A stretch of DNA of 64,000 nt from Chiloscyllium plagiosum (GCF_004010195.1 NC_057718.1:81229912-81293911), one strand, 5' to 3'. Counted from the stretch's first letter, positions 1-13,862 are shown. Translations and numbers: made by a program. The notes: generated from the sequence alone by a model not told the origin.

Positions 1-948
1 TAATCTGCTTAAAACATGGGTTCAGGATCTGGGACTAGAAATCTCCACAGAAACGTGGAATGATATCTGGGAAAATGCTAGAAGAATTACTATTTGTAAC
101 AGAACCCAGGCTATCCAGCTGAAGATACTTCATAGGGCCCATATAGCACCGGTTCGATTGGCAAAATTTAAGGCAGGAGCATCTCCAATGTGTCCTAAAT
201 GCAAAATAGAGGTGGGCACTCTTGTACATTGCTTGTGGACCTGTAGTAAGATCCGTAGATATTGGACTAAAGTAGCAAGTACCCTGATAGAAATTTTAGG
301 AACGGAAATTAAAGTGGACCCTGTATCTCTCCTCTTGGGCTTTTCGAACTTTCCCTCCCTGGACACGTACGGGAAGAGACTATTTTCTATTCTTTCTTTC
401 TGTGCAAGGAAAAATATTTTGGTGAACTGGGCGGCTGAGGGCCCCCCTGGACTTTCAAATTGGCACAGATTAATTATGGAATGTATTCCCCTTGACTTCC
501 TTACAAATATGGTGCACCGAAAGACCGAATTATTTTATAAAATATGGTAGCCCTTTTTGAATTACATAAATACAGATATTTCGGCTATCCTAACAAGGGC
601 TTTTATTTAATTGAGATTACAAACCTGGCTGGTCCGGGGCCCCTCGGGGGAGGAATCCCGCACGAATACGGGTTTTATCATATCTGATGTTAACACATCC
701 CGAGCATGTAAGAGACTTAAATATACACCCTGGTTAGTTGTAGGTTAGATTAGTAGATAGTTGAGTTTTGTTTGTTTGTTTTTTTTTTCTTTTCGGTTAT
801 TTTTTGTTGTTTTGTTTTTTTTTGTCAAATTTTGGCTATTGTATATTTGAGCTAATTGTATATCAATGTTTATATCTGAGAGTTTTGTTTATTTTTGTAA
901 ACTTGTAAAAATGTTAAATTTCTAATAAAAATATCTATAAAAAAAAAA
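1..948 (+). mobile_element. L1-clade LINE 3' end: ORF2 C-terminus with CCHC Zn-knuckle, 3' UTR and poly(A)
   Basis: The frame from nt 2 is open (NLLKTWVQDLG...QLKILHR...CPKCKIEVGTLVHCLWTC...FYKIW*PFLNY). TAG at 548-550 is probably premature, with the natural TAA at 608-610. T-rich UTR, AATAAA at 924-929, A-tract at 939-948. Confidence 0.9.
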
Positions 949-1042
949 GATGATTCCCAAAATATTAAGGGATACTGACAGACCATAGAGGGATTTGAAA
1001 AAAGGATGCGAATTTTAAAATTGCGATATTGCTTAATTGGGA

Positions 1043-1226
1043 GGTCGACAAGCAAGAGGCTGGAAGAACACAGCAAGCCAGGCAGCATCAGGAGGTGGAG
1101 AGGTTGTCGAAGAGTTACACCCGAAACATTGACTTCTTCACCCCCGATGCTGCCTGGCTTGCTGTGTTCTTTCATCTTCCTACTTGTCTACCTTGGATTC
1201 CAGCACCTGCATTTTTATTTTGTCTC
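1043..1226. mobile_element. Non-autonomous fold-back element, Penelope-terminus-like (family B)
   Basis: Perfect 26-bp inverted arms at 1064-1089 and 1146-1171, extending imperfectly outward. Central CCCGAAAC remnant and a tail on the right side only. Confidence 0.7.
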
Positions 1227-1639
1227 TAACTTAAATTGGGTGACAGGATTGATCAGCAGACACCAGCAGTGATGGGTGAATGGAACTTAGTTTCAAGTAA
1301 GCGCACAGCCAAACAGAGGACTTCAAGCTTACAGATCCGAATGTGAGGTGCCAGCCAAGAATTTAGAGTAGTCAAGTTTAGATGTAACAAAGGCGTAAAT
1401 AAAGATGTGTTGAAATGGAATGGAGTCGAGCAATGTTCACAGAATCATGAAATGATATCATAATATACTAAAATTGAAATTTGGCAGTCTTAGTGATCAG
1501 AGAGATTTGCAGACTGAAGCTTATTTCCAGGTCAAATCTGTTGCTAAACAGTCTGGATCAATGTCCAAATATTCTTCTGTCTTCCAGAGAAGAAGCTCTT
1601 TCTGTAATTTGTTTTATATAGTTCAATCATTTCCATAGT

Positions 1640-3840
1640 GTTCCTCTTAGATTATTTAGTTCTTTCATTTAATGAGGTTATGGCTGATCTGTGACCTAAC
1701 ATGTTAAAGCTGCATTTGCCCTGTAACACCTAATGTCATTAGTAAGAATAGATCCATCAATTGATATAGCAGCAAATGAGAGGTCCAAACTTTTGTACTT
1801 GTGTACTTCTGAAAGGTCAGACTCTGATTTTTAGATCACTCCCTTTAACACACAACCACTGGAAATAGTTTCTTCTTATCTACCCTGTCAGTATCCCTTA
1901 ATATTTTGAAAATCATCTTTAACCTCATAAAATGTTGACAGCACAACCTCATTTTTTTAATCTCTGCAGACACTTAGAATTGATGATGAACCTTGGCCAT
2001 CTCTGACCTCATCCCTCCAACCCCTCTCCTCCTGCCCCCACCTCCAAGTCCTCTGCTCTCCTATGAGACCAATTTCTCCTCACCTGCTTTCTCCAGATCC
2101 TTCATGATTTTGAAAATTTTAGAAATTAAATCATTTGTCAAATTGCTCTAAGGGGAATAATCTCAGCTTCTTTAATATATTCATACAATTTAAGTTCTTT
2201 ATCCCTGGCACCATTCCTGTAAATGTTTTCTTAACCTCTGTTTATGTTGCCGCATTCTTCCAAAACTATGGTGTCTGGAATTGGACACTGTTCTCCAGTT
2301 GATGCCAAATAATAGTTCACCATGATTCCCTTACTTTTGTGCTATTTTTGTCTTATGTTCCATTTTCTAAACCTCCCCTGCCATTTTCAATGCTCTTCCA
2401 TACATACCCCCAGGCCCCTCTGCTTCTGTATTATGCTTAGAACTGTGTCCTTTATATTGGTTGTCTGCTTCTTCCTAAATCACTTCATACTTCCTGCATT
2501 AAATATTATATGCCATGTGTCTGCCCACTTTACCAATTGTCGATGTCCTCTCAAAGTCTACATATCCAAAAGTTTTGAAATTGTGTCTGCTGCACTCAAA
2601 TCTAGGTCAATAATATAGACCAAGAAAAGAAGGGACCCTTACAGCACTGGGGAACTGCACTATGTACAATTTGAGAGCCACACTTAGCCTTTACACTCTG
2701 ATTTTTGTCACTCTGTCGACTTTGTATCCATACAGCAACTCTGTTTTATTCGTGGGCCCCAATTTGGCTGACAAGCCTGATATGTGGCAGTTTATCAAAC
2801 ACATTTTGGAAGTCCATGTATACAACATTATCCCTACCAAAACAAATGTGATCAAGCGAATTAAACATGCCATGTTTGTAGGTTGTGTTAAACAAATGTA
2901 TGTAGGCTTTCTTAATTAATCCACATTTGTCCAAGTGATTCTTTTATCCTGGATCATTTTTTCTAAGAGGCTTCCCAACATCACAATTAAATTGACAGGC
3001 CTGTAGTTGCTTGGAATATCTGTGTGACAATGCTTCTCCTTTAACAAGGTTATGTTGTCCTTAGTCTTTTTCAAAAGGTGTTGTAAAAGGCAGTTTTGCC
3101 AATATGGCTACCAGAGACTGCCTAAGTCAACAATCAGGAGAGGCCTTTAGGTTTTTTTTAAAAACAGTTGTACAATGAAAGGGAAGTGGCCAGTTCTCGC
3201 AGTTCAGGGATTTTTCTAATTTTTAGTTTTAGCTGGGGACTCAGGAGCTGCTGGAGCAAGAAGAAGTTCCATGCTTCAGCAAATGATCCCTAGCTGATTC
3301 TCTCTGCCATTTCTTTCTCCTGTAATAACCTGTGTTTGACTTTGCCTTTTTGCCAAGGGGTGTGTTTTATGGGGATTTTGCAGGAAATTGGAACAGCTCT
3401 TTGTTACGTTGTGGGGGAAGTATGAAGTGATGTTGGAAGAAGCAGGCAACCAATATAAAGGTTTCAAATCATTGTTCTTCTAAATTCTGTTTTGTTTGTG
3501 TTTCGTTTGGTGGTGTTTAAATAAATTCTGTTTTACTTGAAACCAAGTGGTTTGACCATCTGCATCCCTTCTGGGATATCCACCTTACATCTCCCTGAAA
3601 CAACTGAAAAGTTAAGATCTGAACTAGCTTCTTAAAATGTTTTAAGAGGTCTGGCCTGGTCCATAACATCTGTATAGCCTCTTTTGAGTAAGAATCTGAC
3701 ATTTATAATTGTCCAGACCTCTGGCAGTACCCATGTATCTAAGGCAGATTCCAAGATCGTCACAGTGCCTATATATTTGCACTGCTCTCTCTATCCTCAG
3801 ATGCATGTCATCCAGTCCCTTTACCTTATCTAAGTACAGT
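1640..3840 (-). mobile_element. Degenerate CR1 LINE ORF2 fragments, interrupted by a solo LTR
   Basis: Minus-strand RT motifs such as VVYMDFQNVFDKLPH (2746-2934 ORF) and NYRPV at ~2990-3010. The sequence resumes after 3668. Confidence 0.75.
3023..3668 (+). mobile_element. Solo LTR (Gypsy/ERV type)
   Basis: TGT...ACA termini, perfect 4-bp TSD TCTG (3019-3022 and 3669-3672), AATAAA at 3520-3525. It splits a CR1 coding remnant. Confidence 0.85.
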
Positions 3841-4739
3841 CCGGTTCTTAGAGCCTCTGAAGTATATATGCTCTTAAAATGTACTGTTTATTGTAGTTGA
3901 TAGCTATGGCATTTTTGCATTGAAATGGAACTGAAAATCTTTGAAAAGGTGAATCTATGCAAATGTCATAAATAAATGATCAAAAGTTCTGCAATTGAGC
4001 AGTATTCACTCAAATAATATGATAAATTGTGAGATGCTATTTGATGTTAAGTAGGACCTGCTAAAATAAAAATACTTGCATTGAGACATACAAATCAAAA
4101 TGATTTTACAATTTGAATATCATTTTGGTCTTTTTGCATTTCTATTGAAATTGTTATGTTTAAGTAAGCAAGTGCTGATTTTGTAGGAAACAAATTCACA
4201 GGATTCTCTCAACGTGATTGAGAGAAATGTGAATTAACAGTTAAAAGTTGAAATGATTGCTGAAGCATCTTGGGCCAAAAAACATTCATTTGGTACTTTG
4301 ATGTGCATCAGGTTCAGAAAATAGCTGTACAAATACAAGTTGTTATGAAGTTGATCAGAATAACTAGTAAACATCTTTTTTTTTCAAAAAGAGCTACTTA
4401 CAAAATACTTTTTCAAACTGATGTTCGATGGGAGATGATATCTCATTGAATATTTGTTAACAATAGAAAACAGATTTTCATTCAACTGTCAAAGTTCATT
4501 TGGAAATTACTATACTCAAGTGGTAATGATGAATTTAGTGTTGGAACTGGGTGTTAGCACAGCTACTTGCTCACCATACTTAATTCATTAAATAAAGAGT
4601 GCACTTTAAACCACAAATGTGGGTTGAGCAGTGAAGTTAAAGAAGAAGGAAGACATGCATCTTCAAAAATCATCACAGTTTCTGATGAACAGATGCAACT
4701 ATTATTCTTGGCTAATTGTTTCCACCTATTTCCAACAGC

Positions 4740-5070
4740 ATATTTTCTCCACGTTACCTCAGTTCTTCTCCTGTTCTTGCATCCGTTTCTTCAAAACTTG
4801 ACTGTTCTAGCACATGGCTGGGTAGCCATCCATATTGAACCCTCCAAAAGCTTGCGATCATCCAAAGCTCTGCCTGTCTTAACTCTCACCAAATGTCATG
4901 AACGCATCGTACTTGTGCTTGCTGATCTATATTGGCTTGAATAACAATTCTATAATTTTAAAATCCTTTTCAAATCCAAACATGACCTCCAGCCCTACAA
5001 TCTACCAAGACTTATGCATTCTTCCCAAAATCTGACATGTTGAGCATCTCTGATTTGAGTTGTTCCAAAG
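4740..5070 (+). mobile_element. L2 LINE 3' remnant
   Basis: Degenerate VLTLTKCHERIVLVLADLYWL resembles the L2 ORF2 C-terminal motif LT..K...HITPVLA.LHWL. Confidence 0.6.
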
Positions 5071-5379
5071 ATATTACTGAGGTGAAATGTGTGTCAGTTA
5101 CTGTGATGATTCCATTTGACACACTGAGCAGATTACATAACCAATACACAGGCCAAATAATTTCCCTTGATATATGCATTGATGTTCTACGAAGCTAAAG
5201 ATGTTCTCAAAGTTGATCTGTTACACTTTGCCAGAGTCAGCATTGAAGATGAGCAACCACAAGAATTGGAAAAGCTCTTCATCCAGTGATGATCTGTCAG
5301 TCATGAAAAAATAGTTGAAATGCGTCATTCATTTTGCCATAGAGACAAACTTCATATATCATGTCAAATTTTCAAAGGC

Positions 5380-5900
5380 AAACAAACCTAATATGACTGC
5401 ATTATGACATGTCCATGCTATACTGGAGAGACATGGGTAATGAAGGCATAAATCTGTGTATGGCCAGATTCTGTGACTCATGAATGAAAGTAAGGTAAGA
5501 CGTGCAACCCACCAGTGGAGGGAGCTACTTTATCCACGCCATGTTCTTGGACAAAAGGAACATCAAATCTTTTCACAGTACATGGGAAGTTTACGTCCAT
5601 GTGATGATTACTTGAAAATTTCCATTGGTCGGACAACATAGCAACACAATAAACATGGCAGTTGCTGACATATTGAATACTATTTTCAGTTTAATTGGTA
5701 TATTAGATCAGATAGCATGGTACACTGACAAACCATTTCACAATGCGTACTGGTTAAATCTTTTTATGAAGATTTAAGAATTGCCACATCAGAGAAGATA
5801 TCCTGTCGATGAAAAAAACCAGATCTCATGAGGCCTTGCTTGCTCTGTTGATTTGGACTTATGGTAAACTTTGTGGAAGGTTACTGCTCTGTGATTATAG
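5380..5900 (+). mobile_element. Highly decayed Gypsy-like integrase remnant
   Basis: Frameshifted, ordered resemblances to SVYWP, GTDLF, VDY.SKFP and IFS..GI.D.I motifs. Confidence 0.35.
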
Positions 5901-7589
5901 CTGTCATCCTTGTTGGGCTGTTAATAGTTTTTTTTAAAACAGTCATGAAATATAACTATAGCTATGTATTAAACTTGGTTTTAATCAGTTTGTGATGCAT
6001 CTATCTTGTATTTTTGTACCGATGTGCTGTACTCCACCACCGTTGAAGCCGGTGATATTTGTGGAGCTGCTATCTCCTGTTTTTCAATTGTACTCTCCCA
6101 TTCACAGCAGTATGTAGCAATACTGTAAAGCTTTGAGCTAATTTGTTGGCTGTGGGATTGCTCAGCTGTTCACTGCAAGCTACTTGACAAGTAAGTAGTC
6201 TTATATTGTAGTTCAGAAGGTTGACAACACATTTATGTATGCCTGGTACTTTTCCTAGAATGCTGTCCTGCACTATTCATTGAACCAGGGTTTGGTCCCT
6301 TGACTTGACGATCATGGTAGTGTGAGGAACAAGCTGGACAATGAGGTCACAGATTGTAATTGATTACAGTTTGGCTGCTATCGAGGGCGCATAACACTTC
6401 ATGGATTCCCAGCTTTAAGCTGTTAGATTTGTTCTGAGCCTATCCTGTTCAGTTCATTGATAGTATATCACAGTATGTTAAAAGGGATGCTGATTGCAAA
6501 GGTTGGACTTGTCTTGACCAGTACAGTTAAGTATTCACTCCTAAATATAATGTGAAAGATGCATCTGCTGTAGGTAGTGTGATATACCATATATTCTGAT
6601 TCTTCTTTATCTACCCTACTAGGTTACTTTCTCAAAAAGGTTTGTCCACAAAGCTTTCCTTTCACGTACTTATGTTGATAAATACACAGTCCACAAAGTG
6701 GTGAGGTAGTCCCTAATGCATTTTCACCTCTTCTGCACAAAGCTGAAACATTTTAACCAGGCAGATACTATTCTTTTTAGCTGTGTGTCAGATCTAAATT
6801 TAACAATTGATACAGTATGCATTATAATAGTATCCACTACGCCTTTTTCTCCATATTGTCACTCCCTGACGTACGTAGCCTTAAGCAAGACAATCCAGAT
6901 TTATTTTAAAGAAATTTGTTATCTCAGAGAATTGAACTTTTCCTGGTTGAGCATTCCTTTGCTGTCAGGTTTAAACTATTCTCTCCTTTTTGTAGCTACT
7001 CTTTCCTCATCCTCCCTTGCCTTGATCCACCTTCTTCCATTCCTCTTTTTTTTCAGCCACTCAGCCCCACATCTCTGCAATCTTCCAATTCCCTCCTGTC
7101 TTTGCAAATGCCTCCCCATCTTTTGGCACCCACCTTCTCCCAGCACTCCTTTTATAGCTTTTTTCATCCCAATTCCTCTTGCAACCTTCACCTTCTCTCT
7201 CCTTTTTTTGCAGCCTCCTCCACCCCACCTTCAGTACCCATAGAGCTGCCACTGCCACCTCCGCTGCCTCACGAATTTATCATTGCTACCAAGGGGCTGA
7301 ATTTTCTCCATTTCATCTCCCTTATGATTGAATTTCCTGAATGATTAGGGAGATTTTAGGGGTGAATTTGCCCACTGTGCCTCTGTGTTTTTACTCCTGA
7401 GCAAGACCACAGATTCATTTGAAATAAACAGTGATAATTTTATAATTGAGATACTGGTAATTGGGGGCCAATGTAAGTCAGTGAATATAAGTGGATGGAT
7501 GAACAGGACTTGTAACAAGTTAGGCTATGAACGATAAAGTTTGACTGATCTCAAATTTATGCAGTTTAGAATGTAGGAAGCCAGCCCAG

Positions 7590-7800
7590 AGTGAAGTGAC
7601 ACTGATAGCCCTTGACATTAAGGTTGCATTCAACCAAGTGTTGCATCAAGGCGCCTGAGCAAAACTGGAAACAGTGGGTATAAGTGAGCAAACTCCCTGC
7701 TAATTAGACTCATATCTGACACAGGAAGATGGTTTTGGTTGTTAAAGGTCTGTCATCTCAGCTCCAGGCCATCTCTGTAGGAGTTACTCAGGACAGTGTT
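7590..7800 (+). mobile_element. RTE-X-like LINE RT fragment
   Basis: Translates to ALDIKVAFNQVLHQGA*AKLE, matching the ALDI..AFD.VWH.GL..KL motif. Confidence 0.6.
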
Positions 7801-8689
7801 TAGAGGTAACAAAGCTATGGATGTGTTTTCAGTAGCAATTGAAATGAGTCAGAGATAGATTCAGGCAGTATTATTTGGATGGAAATAGGTGGTCTTTGTG
7901 ATGATGTGGATGTGTAATAAACTTCCAGCATTAAGATTTTGAACATTCTGCTTTCACCTCTGAGCCAGTAGCTAGGAATGGATTTTGTATCTACAACTGA
8001 AGACAGTAGCCTCAGCCTTCCAAATATTTAATCGGAGAAAAAAAGTTGTTGACCAAGTACTCAATGTCTCTAAATTGTCAGACAATGGAGGAGTCGAGAG
8101 AGACAGTTGTGCTAGCTCAGAGTTTTTACATTATGGCAACAGGCACCCTTTAGATGAGGCATTGAAGAAAGACTTTTAGTGGTTCACCAGAGATCAAAGT
8201 GCAGGAATAGTGATATGACTGAGCTGGGAAATTTGCACTGATAATTGCATTTCCCTATTCTGCAAATCATCAAAAATGTGTAAACGCTGAATTTAAAACA
8301 TTATGGTAAGAAATTTGCCTCACTGGCTGCTATCCAGGACAAAAACATTTCACCCCAGGTTTTATCACCAACAAGCAAATATTTATTGTAAACCCACTTT
8401 CTCTTTCGCATATGGCAGAGGAAATAGAAGGGTTACTAATCTGTAAGCTATGTGGCTTAAACTATACCCCTTTTAAATCCCAAACATATGCACACTCTCT
8501 CTTTTCTATTGCTGAGTTTGGATATATCTCGTTACACATCTCTTATCAAGTCAGTAGCAAACTCCAGCTTGACCAATCATAGTGCTGCGTTGTCTCAGTT
8601 ACATTAACAATCTCATTTATACAAGCTTATTGTTTTTATAGAAGTCCAAATGTACTACTTGATCCTTCAGAGGACTGACAGAGAACGAA

Positions 8690-10525
8690 TGTGGTTCCAC
8701 TTTTCGAGATGGGTGGTAGAGAGAGACAAACCAGGGAATTATAGACCAGTTAAGCATAGGAAACAATTGGAGAAAATTCTGAAGGAGAAAATCAATCTCC
8801 ACTCGGAGAGGCAAGGTTTACTCCGGGATAGTTAGCATGGCTTTGTCAGAGAGAGAGGTAATGCCCAACAGATTTGATTAAATTTTTCGAGGTTATGACC
8901 AGGAGTGTGGGTGAGGGTTGTGTAATTGATGTAGTCTATATAGACTTCAGTAAAGCTTTTGACAAGGTCCCACATTAGACACTAATAAAGAAGGTAAAAA
9001 CACATCCAGCCAGGGTAACTTGGCAAGTTGCTTCCAAAATTGACTTGGTGGAAGGTGTCAAAGGGTGGTGATAGACGGTTATTTGTGTAACTGGAACCTG
9101 GTGTCCAATGGTATATCACAGGGATCGCTGCTGTACCCCTTTTATTTGTGATATATAAATAATATCAATGGGAATGTGGGAAGGATGGTAAATATGTTTG
9201 TAGTTGACACTGGACAGGTGAGAATGAGGAAGAAAGTCTTCGGTGTTGCCCATCTCTGAGAGATAACAGTAGAGTATATACTTAGAGAAAGACACTGCAG
9301 AGACACTTACAGCTCTATAAAACTCAATTTATTAAGTAATTAAAACAAATAACATACACTTTTAACTATTAGACATATCCATCCTGACTTCTGTAACTAA
9401 ACCCAAATGTTATTACCTGGAAGAGTTGACAACTGGCCAGGCGAAAACGCTGCTTGACTTCTTCACTATGCCTCCTGATGTAGGATATCTCCTTACCATG
9501 TGAATCTTCAAAGTATTGTTGAACAAATGGATTTCTTCAGACTGTTGATAAGTATTTTTTGTCAAGTGTATGCATTATTTGGAATTATCTGTGCACGTGA
9601 CCAATTCTGAATGTTTTGGCTAAATATATGCCTTATTTGGTAGAGATAGCAGTTACTGATTCCCTGCAGCCTTAGCTCTCAACAGACCTGCATGACTCAG
9701 CATTATTCCATTCACATAACAGCCCATTGTAAGTTCCTGTTACCTTCAACCTTCTCCAACATAGGTCTGCATTCTCCTGTAATGATTGGGCAGTTCAAAG
9801 GCCTTGAAAAGTGAGAGATGATGCACTTCAGAAGAAGTAACAAGACAAAGGAGTATTCCATTAATGGCAGGACACTAGGAAGCTCAGAGGGTTCTTGGGG
9901 TGCTTATCAACAGATCCACAGGTTAATCGGGTAGTTGAGGCATATGGGAATCTTGCCTTTATCATTGTGGCATCGGTTATAAGAGGAGGGAGGTTATGTT
10001 GAAAACTTCAGCAGCTACAACTGGAGCACAATTTGTAGTTCCAGTCATTGCAATCTCGAAAGGATGTGATTATATTAAAGGGGATGCAGAAGAGATTCAC
10101 CAGTATGTTGCCTGGGATGGAGCATTTTAGCTATGTTGAGAAGCTGGATAAGCTCAGGTTAATTACTTTGGAGCAGAGAAGTCTGAGAAGGGACCTGATT
10201 GAGGGGCATGAACATGGTGGATAGAAAGTAGCTGTTCCCCTTAGTTGAAGTGTCAATAACAAGGAGGCATAATTTTAACATAAAAGACAGGGAATTCAGA
10301 GGGGATTTGAGGAAAATATTTTTCACTGAGGGTGGTGGGAATCTGATTTGCACTGTAAGATGGGAAACCTCACAACCTTTTAAAAAGTACTTGGATGAGC
10401 AGTTGAAATGACCTAGCATTCAAGGCTATGGGCCAAATTCTAGAAAGTGAGAACTAGTGTAAATTTAAAGTAGTTTTGTCTGTGCAGAATAATTGGGTTG
10501 AAGGGCCTCTTCTGTACTGTACAAT
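8690..10525 (+). mobile_element. CR1 LINE ORF2 3' part (decayed), interrupted by a solo LTR
   Basis: RDKPGNYRPV and DVVYIDFSKAFDKVPH motifs, with a CR1-type 3' tail near 10500-10525. Confidence 0.85.
9244..9761 (-). mobile_element. Solo LTR
   Basis: TGTTG...CAACA inverted termini. Flanks are TCGG and TAGG (4-bp TSD with one mismatch). AATAAA on the minus strand near 9328-9333. It interrupts the CR1 RT. Confidence 0.7.
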
Positions 10526-10667
10526 TTTGTCTTTGTTTTTTCAAGGTTAAAAACTTTGGTGTTTTCGCTATGTGTCCAACTTTCATTTCATTTTGTAGTA
10601 TAGAAAGAAAAATATACTTGGCTTCTTACATGGAAATAAAAGCTATCCCAGTGAATTTCTGGCTATG

Positions 10668-11222
10668 ATTAGATTTGATTTGATTTATTGTAGTCACGTG
10701 TACCTAAGTACAGTGAAAAGTTGTTTTGCGAGCAGTCCAGGCAGATCATAGCAAACAAGGACAGACAGATCATAGGGTGCTTACAGTGAGGCATACAGGG
10801 TTACAGCTGCACAGGTTGCACAAAGCAAGGTCAACATTATTTGAAGTTAGCGAGGTCCATTCAGCAGTCTAATAACAGCAGGGAAGAAGCTGTTCTTCAG
10901 CCTGTTGGTGCATGTGTTCAAACCTCTATATTTTCTGCCTGATGGAAATGGTTGGAAGAGACCGTTACCAGGATGGGAGAGGTCTTTGATGATGTTTGCC
11001 GGCAATGAGATGTATAAATGGAGTCTAAGGATGGAAGATTGGCTTCCATGATGGTCCGGGCTGTGCACACGACTTTGTGGTTTCTTACAGTCCTGGGCAA
11101 AGCAAGTTGCCGTACCAGGCCCTTACGCACCCGGATAGAATGCTTTCAGTGGTGCATCTTGAAAGTTGAGAAGGGTCATTATGGACATGCTGAATTTTCT
11201 AAGCAACCTCAGAGAGAAGAGG
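10668..11222 (-). mobile_element. Rex1/Babar LINE 3' end
   Basis: IIKDLSHPGNGLFQPFPSGRKYR...TNRLKNSFFPAVIRLLN, with an AATAAA(TCAAA)n tail on the minus strand. Confidence 0.85.
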
Positions 11223-11229
11223 TATTAGA

Positions 11230-11570
11230 TAAGATTGGAAGAGGATAAAAATAAGAAGACTTAGATAAGAATGAAACCAAGTCAGCACAATTTCAGGCTG
11301 GATGTTCGTGTAGAGACTTTTGGAAGAGGATGAAGATATGTTATTTCTATTAAAATGTGCAGACAGGTTCACAGGAAAAAGGGGTATTAGTTGACCTTTG
11401 CCACATTCAAATAGGATATCATCTGTGATTTTGATAAGAACAGTTTTCTTGTTGTGACTGCAGTAAAAAACTGATTGATTGGAACAATTCAAACATTACA
11501 TTTCCTGAATGATGGGCATAGTTTTGGGAGTCAAAAGTACATTCAAGGATTTTGGAGAGGGTAAAAAGGG
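11230..11570 (-). mobile_element. L2 LINE RT fragment
   Basis: TVLIKITDDIL...VNLSAHFN resembles ETAL.KVTNDIL...LDLSAAFD. Confidence 0.6.
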
Positions 11571-11982
11571 AAAAGCCCCTGACCTCACATTCTTTGAGTA
11601 CACACTGTTCTTTTTTTGACGAAGAGAGTAATGATAGGTTTAAATAAGAAGGGCAAATTTATTTTGTAAAAAAAGAACTGTTAACAATATCAGTTCATGG
11701 AGTTTAGAAGGGAATTTATTAGTGGCATTGACAAACATAGTAAGGTATCCGCAGTGTTTCACTAAAACTCCCATTTGACTTTTATGTAAGGTTTATTTTC
11801 ATTTGTAGTACTGAAAAGCTGCCAGACTCAGTTTGTGAATCACCAAGCATATCAAAGATACAAATCGATCAAGTTCTTAAGGGGTTCTTATGTTATTTTA
11901 TTAATCACTTCCAGTTGATCACTTCTCCCTAATCCGCATCATATTCTTCATGGTAAAACTATGAAATAGGGTAAATGAACAT

Positions 11983-12298
11983 TGGCACAGTATTAGCACT
12001 GCTGTGTCACAATATTGGAGACTTGGGTTCAACTCTTTGCCCATTCTCCCAGTGTTTGCGTGGGTTCTCTCCGGGTGCTCCAGTTTCCTTCCACAGTCCA
12101 AAGATGTGCAGGTTAGGTGGATTGACCATGCTAAATTGCCCTGTAGTATCCAGGCTACGTGGACAAGCCATGGTAAATGCTGAACTATGGGATAGGGTGG
12201 AGGAGATGGGGATGTGGGTCGTGGTAGGATGCTCTTTGGAGAGCAAGTGCAGATGTGATGGGCCAAATGGCCTCTACCTGCACTGTGGAGATTCTATG
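11983..12298 (+). mobile_element. tRNA-derived V-SINE (HE1-like)
   Basis: Degenerate A/B boxes, V-domain (GCGTGGGTT..CTCCGGGTGCTCCAGTTTCCTTCCACAGTCCAAAGATGTGC) and a CR1-like 3' tail. Confidence 0.85.
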
Positions 12299-12309
12299 AA
12301 TTTGAGGAG

Positions 12310-13085
12310 ATTAGTAATGTTACTGGACTGATAATCGTGAGACCTAGACTAATGTTTTGGCATGGGTTCAACAGCTGCTGAAATTTGAACTTAGTTCATA
12401 AATTTGGAATATAATGTAATGGTGACCATGACCACTATCTGTGATTGTTGTAAAATACTGATTGGTTCATGAATAGACATAGATTCATAAAATTTTAAAG
12501 CACTGAAAAAGCTAACCACTCAATCCCATTTTCTAGCACCTGACCACAGCCTTGTATGCTTGTGGAGTTTTCAGTGAAAAAGCTTTTCCTCAAATTCTCT
12601 CTGAACCTCTTACCCTTTACCTTAAAGATATGCCATCTTTATATGTCAACTGAGGGGAAAAGTAACTTACTCACTGCCCTATCAATGCTCCTTGTAATTT
12701 TATACAACTCACTAGGCTTCCTCTCAGCCTTGTTCTACTCTAAGGAAAACAACCCCAGCCTATCCAGTATCTTTTTTATTACTGAAATGCTCTAGCCCAG
12801 CCAACATCCTTGTGACTGTCTTCTGCAATGTATCTGTTGCAAACACAACCTTGCTGTATTGCAACAACCAGAACTGCACACAGTACTGAAGCTGTGGGGA
12901 CCTAACTAACACAGTACCCTTAGGGAAGAGAATCTGAGTCTGACCTGCATGTGACTCCAAACTCTCAGCAATATGCTTAACTCTTAACTGCTTTCTGAAA
13001 TGACCTTGCAAGCCATTCACTTCCAGTCCAATTATAGACTGACAATAAATTAAAGATTTTTTAAAAGTTGAATTTTTCATATCCC
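12310..13085 (+). mobile_element. Old SINE-like repeat split by a minus-strand CR1 fragment (~12476-12912)
   Basis: Related sequence lies on the minus strand at ~42300-42560. The insert encodes YCVQFW...RMLAGLEHFS (CR1 ORF2 C-terminus). Confidence 0.55.
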
Positions 13086-13254
13086 ATGTGAATGGATCTG
13101 TGATTTGATTCTGCTTATAGAAATTTATGACAAAACATTATTCTTGTTTATACTGAGTTTCTAGAATGATTTCTTGATATGATATGATATATGATAGCTG
13201 ATGATCTACAACTGTATTGATATAATACTTTTTGTTTGTTCCTAAATTATCATC

Positions 13255-13726
13255 ATCATAGGAAGGATATATTGAAGGGAATATAATGTAAGTTCATAAG
13301 AATGATACCTGGACTTCAGGGGTTAAGGTGAGGAGAGATTATACAAATTAGGTATGTTTTCTACAGAATTTAAAGGTTAAGTGTTGATCTGATTGAAATC
13401 TTCAAGATATTAACAGGAAAAGGAGGTTGGAGTTTCTAGAACTAGCGGTCACAGTCTGAGAATTAGGGCCAAGATTTTCAAGAGACGTTCATAAGCACCT
13501 CTATACACAAAGGATGGTAGAAGTTTGGAACTCTCTTCCACAAATGAAATCGATGCTGGACCAGTTATTGGTTTTAAATCTGAGATTTTTTTTGGTTAAG
13601 CAAAAGTATTAAGGGAAATTGTCAAAGGCAGGTATATGAAGTTAGGGCAACAATCAGCTATTATCTCATTAAATGGTGGAACAGACTTGAAGGGCTGAAT
13701 GGCCTACTCTTTTCGTACGTCCCTGT
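13255..13726 (+). mobile_element. CR1 LINE 3' fragment
   Basis: Decayed DLIEIFKI and VEVWNSLP motifs, with tail GAAGGGCTGAATGGCCTACT. Confidence 0.75.
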
Positions 13727-13862
13727 AACACAAATGAAATACAATTCACTGTACTGAGGAATTCAATGAACTTTTGTGACAGCATTTGGTATCTACATAT
13801 ATACACTACAGTCACAGACAATTCTGTGTCTGGGCTCAAGTTAAGCTATTTGGATGAACTGT

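Noticed and set aside
6716..7344. Overlapping 175-aa and 142-aa ORFs
   Set aside because: The tract is pyrimidine-rich and stop-poor, with no domain.
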